Source of the DNA: Arcobacteraceae bacterium
Lineage (GTDB): Bacteria; Campylobacterota; Campylobacteria; Campylobacterales; Arcobacteraceae
Length of the DNA: 64,000 nucleotides
Reading direction: 5' to 3'
Assembly: GCA_965224485.1 (NCBI GenBank)
Contig: CBDCZH010000019.1
Location: 167,178-231,177, forward strand
Shown here: piece after piece, positions 59,860 to 64,000 of the stretch
How the letters are laid out: each line of letters starts with the position of its first letter
Position numbering within the stretch: the stretch's first letter is position 1
Notes under the pieces: model-generated
Database searches by the model: none
What the model was told of the DNA's origin: nothing
Seen by the model: the letters and a program-made list of their open reading frames with translations, nothing else
Translations under genes and position numbers: made by a program

Positions 59860-62436
59860 TTAAGAGTGAACTAGATTTGTTAACTCAGAAGCTGATACTT
59901 CGTGAAAATTTAAATATTTATAAATATTTGCTCTTTTATCAGCAGTGATTTTTTTAGGTACCATATCTAAGTACTCTGCTTTTGTAGGAAGTCTTCCTAA
60001 TAAAGCAGCTAAAGCAGCAACTTCAGCAGATCCTAAATAAACTTGAGAATCTTTTCCAAGTCTATTATCAAAGTTACGTGTAGATGTTGAGAATACAACT
60101 GCACCTTGTTTAACATTTGCTTGATTACCCATACATAAAGAACAACCAGGAATTTCAAGTCTCGCACCTGCTGCTCCAAAGATTGAATAATAACCCTCTT
60201 CAGTTAATTGTTGTTTATCCATTTTAGTAGGAGGTGCTATCCATAATTTAGTAGGAACTTCACCTTCTCCTTTAAGAATTTCTCCTAAAGCTCTAAATAA
60301 TCCAATATTTGTCATACAAGAACCTACAAATACTTCATCAATTTTATCAGTTAATCTTTTTGGATCAGCTAAAATATTTGTTAAAGTATCTACATCATCT
60401 GGATCATTTGGACAACACAATAATGGTTCAGTAATTGTATTCATATCAATAATAATAGTATCAGAATAAACAGCATCCTCATCAGGAGTAATCAGTTCAG
60501 GATTTGCAATCCATTCTTTCATTTTATCTGCTCTTCTTTGAAGAGTTCTAGCATCTTCATAACCTTCATCAATCATTTTTTCAATTAATGCAATATTAGA
60601 AGATAAGTACTCAATAATTGGTTCTTTATCTAATTGAATACAACAAGCAGCAGCTGATCTCTCAGCAGCTGCATCAGATAATTCAAAAGCTTGTTCAACT
60701 TTTAATTGTGGAAGTCCTGAAATTTCAATTACTTTTCCAGCAAATACATTCTTTTTACCTTTTTTCTCAACAGTTAATAAACCATCTTGAATAGCTTGAT
60801 AAGGAATAGCATTAACCATATCTCTTAAAGTAATTCCTGGTTGCATTTCACCTGTAAATTTAACTAATACAGACTCAGGCATAGTTAAAGGCATAGATCC
60901 AGTAACACTTGCAAAAGCAATAAGCCCAGATCCAGCAGGAAAACTCATACCAATTGGGAATCTTGTGTGGCTATCTCCACCAGTTCCCACAGTATCAGGT
61001 AAACATAATCTATTTAACCATGAATGAATAACACCATCACCTGGTCTTAAAGTAACACCGCTTCTTGAAGTTATAAACTCTGGAAGTGTATGTTGTAATT
61101 TAACATCAGCTGGTTTTGGATAAGCAGCAGTATGACAAAATGATTGCATAACTAAATCAGCTCCAAAACTTAGGGCTGCTAGTTCTTTAATCTCATCTCT
61201 AGTCATTGGTCCCGTTGTATCTTGACTACCAACTGTTGTACAGATAGGTTCAACATACATACCTGGTTTAACACCATCCATACCACAAGCTCGTCCAACC
61301 ATTTTTTGACCTTGAGTAAATCCCTTACCGTCATCTTTTGGTTGTGTTGGAGTAATAAATAAATCTGATGCAGGAAGATTTAAAGCTTCTCTTGCTTTTG
61401 CAGTTAAACCTTTTCCAATAATTAAAGGAATACGTCCCCCTGCTCTCATTTCATCAGGTAAAGTATTTGGAGAGATATTAAATGTAGATACTACTTCATT
61501 ATTTTTTAAAATTTCACCTGAAAAAGGTTTAAGAGTAATAACATCACCTGTCTCTAAGTTATCAACAGGAGCTTCAATTGGTAAACATCCTGAATCTTCT
61601 GCAGTATTAAAGAAAATTGGTGCAATTATAGAACCTATTACAACTCCACCTGTTCTTTTATTTGGAACTCCTGGAATATCTCTACCCATATGCCATTGCA
61701 CTGAGTTAATACCAGATTTTCTTGAGCTTCCTGTTCCAACAACATCACCAATATAAGCTAAAGGATGCCCTTTTTCTTTAAGTTCAATCATTTTATTTAA
61801 TGGATCTTCCATACGTGATTGTAACATTGAAGTTGCATGCATTGGAATATCTGCTCTTGTAAAAGCAACAGTTGCAGGAGATAAATCATCAGTATTAGTT
61901 TCACCTGGAATTTTATAGACAGTTAATGTGATTTCTTTTTCAAGTGCAGGTTTATTAGTAAACCATTGGGCATTTGCCCAAGACTCAATAATTTCTTTTG
62001 CATAAATATTTCCAGCATCGCTTAATTCTTTAACATCATTAAATGAATCATATACCAAAATAGTATTTTTTAATTGTTCTGCTGCAACTTGTGCAACTTC
62101 ATCTATTTTTAAAGCATCAACAAGTGGAGTTACGTTAAATCCACCCATCATAGTTCCTAAAATTTTAATAGCATCAACTTTAGAAATCACGCTACAGGTA
62201 ACTTTTTCTTGAACTACATCATTTAAAAATGCAGCTTTAACATAAGCAGCATCATCAACACCAGGGTTAATTTTATCTGTAAATAATTCAAGTACATAAG
62301 TAGCATCTTCAACAGAATCTGCTTTTAGTAATTCTACTAATTGTGCAGTTTCATCAGCAGTTAGTGCTAATGGTGGTAAACCACCCTCGTCTATTCTTTC
62401 TTGTGTATGTGCTCTATAATCAGCGATTAAACTCAT
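59860..62436 (-). CDS. acnB: Aconitate hydratase B
   Basis: [31 protein letters not shown] and GCSLCMGNQ. Confidence 0.98.
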   Translation of the reverse strand: MSLIADYRAHTQERIDEGGLPPLALTADETAQLVELLKADSVEDATYVLELFTDKINPGVDDAAYVKAAFLNDVVQEKVTCSVISKVDAIKILGTMMGGFNVTPLVDALKIDEVAQVAAEQLKNTILVYDSFNDVKELSDAGNIYAKEIIESWANAQWFTNKPALEKEITLTVYKIPGETNTDDLSPATVAFTRADIPMHATSMLQSRMEDPLNKMIELKEKGHPLAYIGDVVGTGSSRKSGINSVQWHMGRDIPGVPNKRTGGVVIGSIIAPIFFNTAEDSGCLPIEAPVDNLETGDVITLKPFSGEILKNNEVVSTFNISPNTLPDEMRAGGRIPLIIGKGLTAKAREALNLPASDLFITPTQPKDDGKGFTQGQKMVGRACGMDGVKPGMYVEPICTTVGSQDTTGPMTRDEIKELAALSFGADLVMQSFCHTAAYPKPADVKLQHTLPEFITSRSGVTLRPGDGVIHSWLNRLCLPDTVGTGGDSHTRFPIGMSFPAGSGLIAFASVTGSMPLTMPESVLVKFTGEMQPGITLRDMVNAIPYQAIQDGLLTVEKKGKKNVFAGKVIEISGLPQLKVEQAFELSDAAAERSAAACCIQLDKEPIIEYLSSNIALIEKMIDEGYEDARTLQRRADKMKEWIANPELITPDEDAVYSDTIIIDMNTITEPLLCCPNDPDDVDTLTNILADPKRLTDKIDEVFVGSCMTNIGLFRALGEILKGEGEVPTKLWIAPPTKMDKQQLTEEGYYSIFGAAGARLEIPGCSLCMGNQANVKQGAVVFSTSTRNFDNRLGKDSQVYLGSAEVAALAALLGRLPTKAEYLDMVPKKITADKRANIYKYLNFHEVSASELTNLVHS

Positions 62437-62491
62437 ATTATAACTCCTAATTAATTTGTAAAACTAGTATAACATAATGTTTTTACATCGT

Positions 62492-62678
62492 TTGTACAAT
62501 TATTGTAATATCTTGTACAAGTTTTTCAAGTGTAAAAAAAAAGTTACAAAAATCGCCAAATTATAAGATAAAGACTCTTTATTCATCTTTTTTTTCGATT
62601 TTATGCCTATTTTAGATACACAATGAAAAGGAAGTTGTTTTGTACAAGAGTGTTTTCTTTTGTACAACTTTTGTACAT
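62492..62678. promoter_or_regulatory. Cluster of TTGTACAA palindromes upstream of acnB
   Basis: Perfect copies at 62492, 62513, 62640 and 62660; near copy at 62671. Confidence 0.6.
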
Positions 62679-62993
62679 AATTAGGCTAATAAAACATAAA
62701 TTAAGAATCAATATTAATTTCTTTGTGTATGAATATTTTTAGTTTAACTATTTTTTTAATTACTTTAAGCTAAAAAATTATTTACTTATTGTTTTTTATT
62801 TATACTTTAGAAGAAGATAGATAAAAGAGAGAGATTCTTTATTCATAATATTAAAACCTATAATTATTTTACTTAATTACAAAAAACAATCAAAAGGATT
62901 ATGAATTTTATTAAAAAAAATAATATATAAAAATATATTTAAGTAGCACTAGGGTTTCTATGTTATAATTATTCATAAAATCAAGGAGAATTA

Positions 62994-63767
62994 ATGTTTT
63001 TAAAAAGTATATATATTTTACTAATATCACTATTATTTGTAGCTTGTAGTTCTAAAGCTCCTATTACAAATAGATCACAATTTATATTAATTTCAAGTTC
63101 ACAAGAATTAGCTTTAGGTGAAAAGTCTTATAAAGAAGCTTTAAAAAAATCAAGTGTTATAAAAAACACTAAAGAGTCTTTAAAAGTAAAAGAAATAGGA
63201 CAAAATCTTGCAAAAATTGTAAATAAAAAAGAGTATAAGTGGGAATTTAACCTCATAGAAAATAAGGCTAAAAATGCTTATTGTTTACCTGGAGGAAAGG
63301 TAGTTATTTATACAGGTATATTAACTGTGGCTAAAAATGACGATCAAATAGCAACAGTTATGTCTCATGAAATTGCTCATGCTCTAGCACGTCATGGGGC
63401 TGAAAGAATGAGTTCTTCTATGCTTTCTAAAGGTGTGCAATTCTTAGGAAATATTGTTTTATCCTCACAAGCCCCACAATATACAAACTCATTTAATTTA
63501 GCTTATGGAGTTGGAACTAAGTATGGTGTTTTATTGCCTTATGGAAGATTACAAGAGAGTGAGGCTGATGAAATTGGAATTTATTTAATGTATAAAGCTG
63601 GTTATGATATAAATCAAGCTTTAGCTTTTTGGAAGAATATGTCAAAAGGGAAAAAAGAAACACTTGAGTTTTTATCAACTCATCCAAATTCAAGTACAAG
63701 AATTAAAAATATTACTAAGATTATAAAAGAACTAAAGAAAAATCCAAATAGGCCTATCTCTTTTTAG
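62994..63767 (+). CDS. M48 family metallopeptidase lipoprotein
   Basis: Lipobox FVAC, NAYCLPGG, HEIAH, ESEAD and STHP. Confidence 0.92.
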   Translation: MFLKSIYILLISLLFVACSSKAPITNRSQFILISSSQELALGEKSYKEALKKSSVIKNTKESLKVKEIGQNLAKIVNKKEYKWEFNLIENKAKNAYCLPGGKVVIYTGILTVAKNDDQIATVMSHEIAHALARHGAERMSSSMLSKGVQFLGNIVLSSQAPQYTNSFNLAYGVGTKYGVLLPYGRLQESEADEIGIYLMYKAGYDINQALAFWKNMSKGKKETLEFLSTHPNSSTRIKNITKIIKELKKNPNRPISF

Positions 63768-63782
63768 TAAAGACGAAGATAA

Positions 63783-63828
63783 AGTATTCTAAGTTTAGTT
63801 TTACACTCATACTTAAACTTAGAATACT
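63783..63828. terminator. Hairpin between convergent genes
   Basis: agtattctaagttta / taaacttagaatact perfect 15-bp inverted repeat. Confidence 0.7.
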
Positions 63829-63849
63829 AATAAAACTTATGTAAATAAC

Positions 63850-64000
63850 TTAGGCTATATTTGTATAAATAGCTTGAACATCATCATCTTCATCAATTTT
63901 TTCTAATAATTTTCCAATATCTTCTTGTTGTTCCTGCGAAAATTCTTGAGGATTATTAGAAATTCTTTCTAGTTTTGCTTTAGATAAGACAATACCTAAT
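63850..64000 (-). CDS. yebC: YebC/PmpR family protein, C-terminal part
   Basis: Manual translation ..[19 protein letters not shown]. Confidence 0.85.
   Translation of the reverse strand, partial: LGIVLSKAKLERISNNPQEFSQEQQEDIGKLLEKIDEDDDVQAIYTNIA

Noticed and set aside
647..63699. Short ORFs antisense to real genes (647, 3534, 6421, 9672, 13677, 17377, 20275, 26321, 27158, 29314, 35779, 37607, 37897, 47600, 53050, 63517)
   Set aside because: They are shadows of well-supported genes on the opposite strand, with no recognisable motifs.

Overview
Very AT-rich bacterial chromosomal DNA. Gene content and TTTAAG..TATAAT promoters point to Campylobacterota, most likely Arcobacteraceae (inference). 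In order: (1) an HxlR/DUF24-regulated redox/electrophile-stress cluster with a duplicated operator; (2) small accessory genes, including a broken putative nuclease; (3) rpsU, then a degraded plasticity zone (about 10.1-13.1 kb) with a REP-associated tyrosine transposase fragment, short GC-rich palindromes, structured intergenic elements and a 5'-truncated integron integrase; (4) dapD, priA, a pilin-like gene, a zapAB-like pair, hypX, two marC genes and livKHMGF; (5) a split [NiFe]-hydrogenase system (Ni transporter-hypBCDEA, hydABCDE-hypF, tetR plus a cytoplasmic group 2 hydrogenase), interleaved with an apparently dead IS1595-like gene, a two-component system and dppABCDF-pepQ; (6) a DeoR-regulated ugp-like ABC cluster, acnB, an M48 peptidase and the end of yebC. 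Best leads: three ERIC-like hairpin repeats with covarying stems and fixed internal loops, a TGAAT-N4-ATTCA operator in front of three hydrogenase-related operons (candidate TetR regulon), REP-like palindromes at the breakpoints of both the RAYT fragment and the integrase, and a possibly domesticated IS1595 transposase. At least eight genes carry frameshifts, mostly single-base indels in homopolymers and probably sequencing error. No rRNA, tRNA or CRISPR array was seen. All family assignments are from motif recognition, not database searches.
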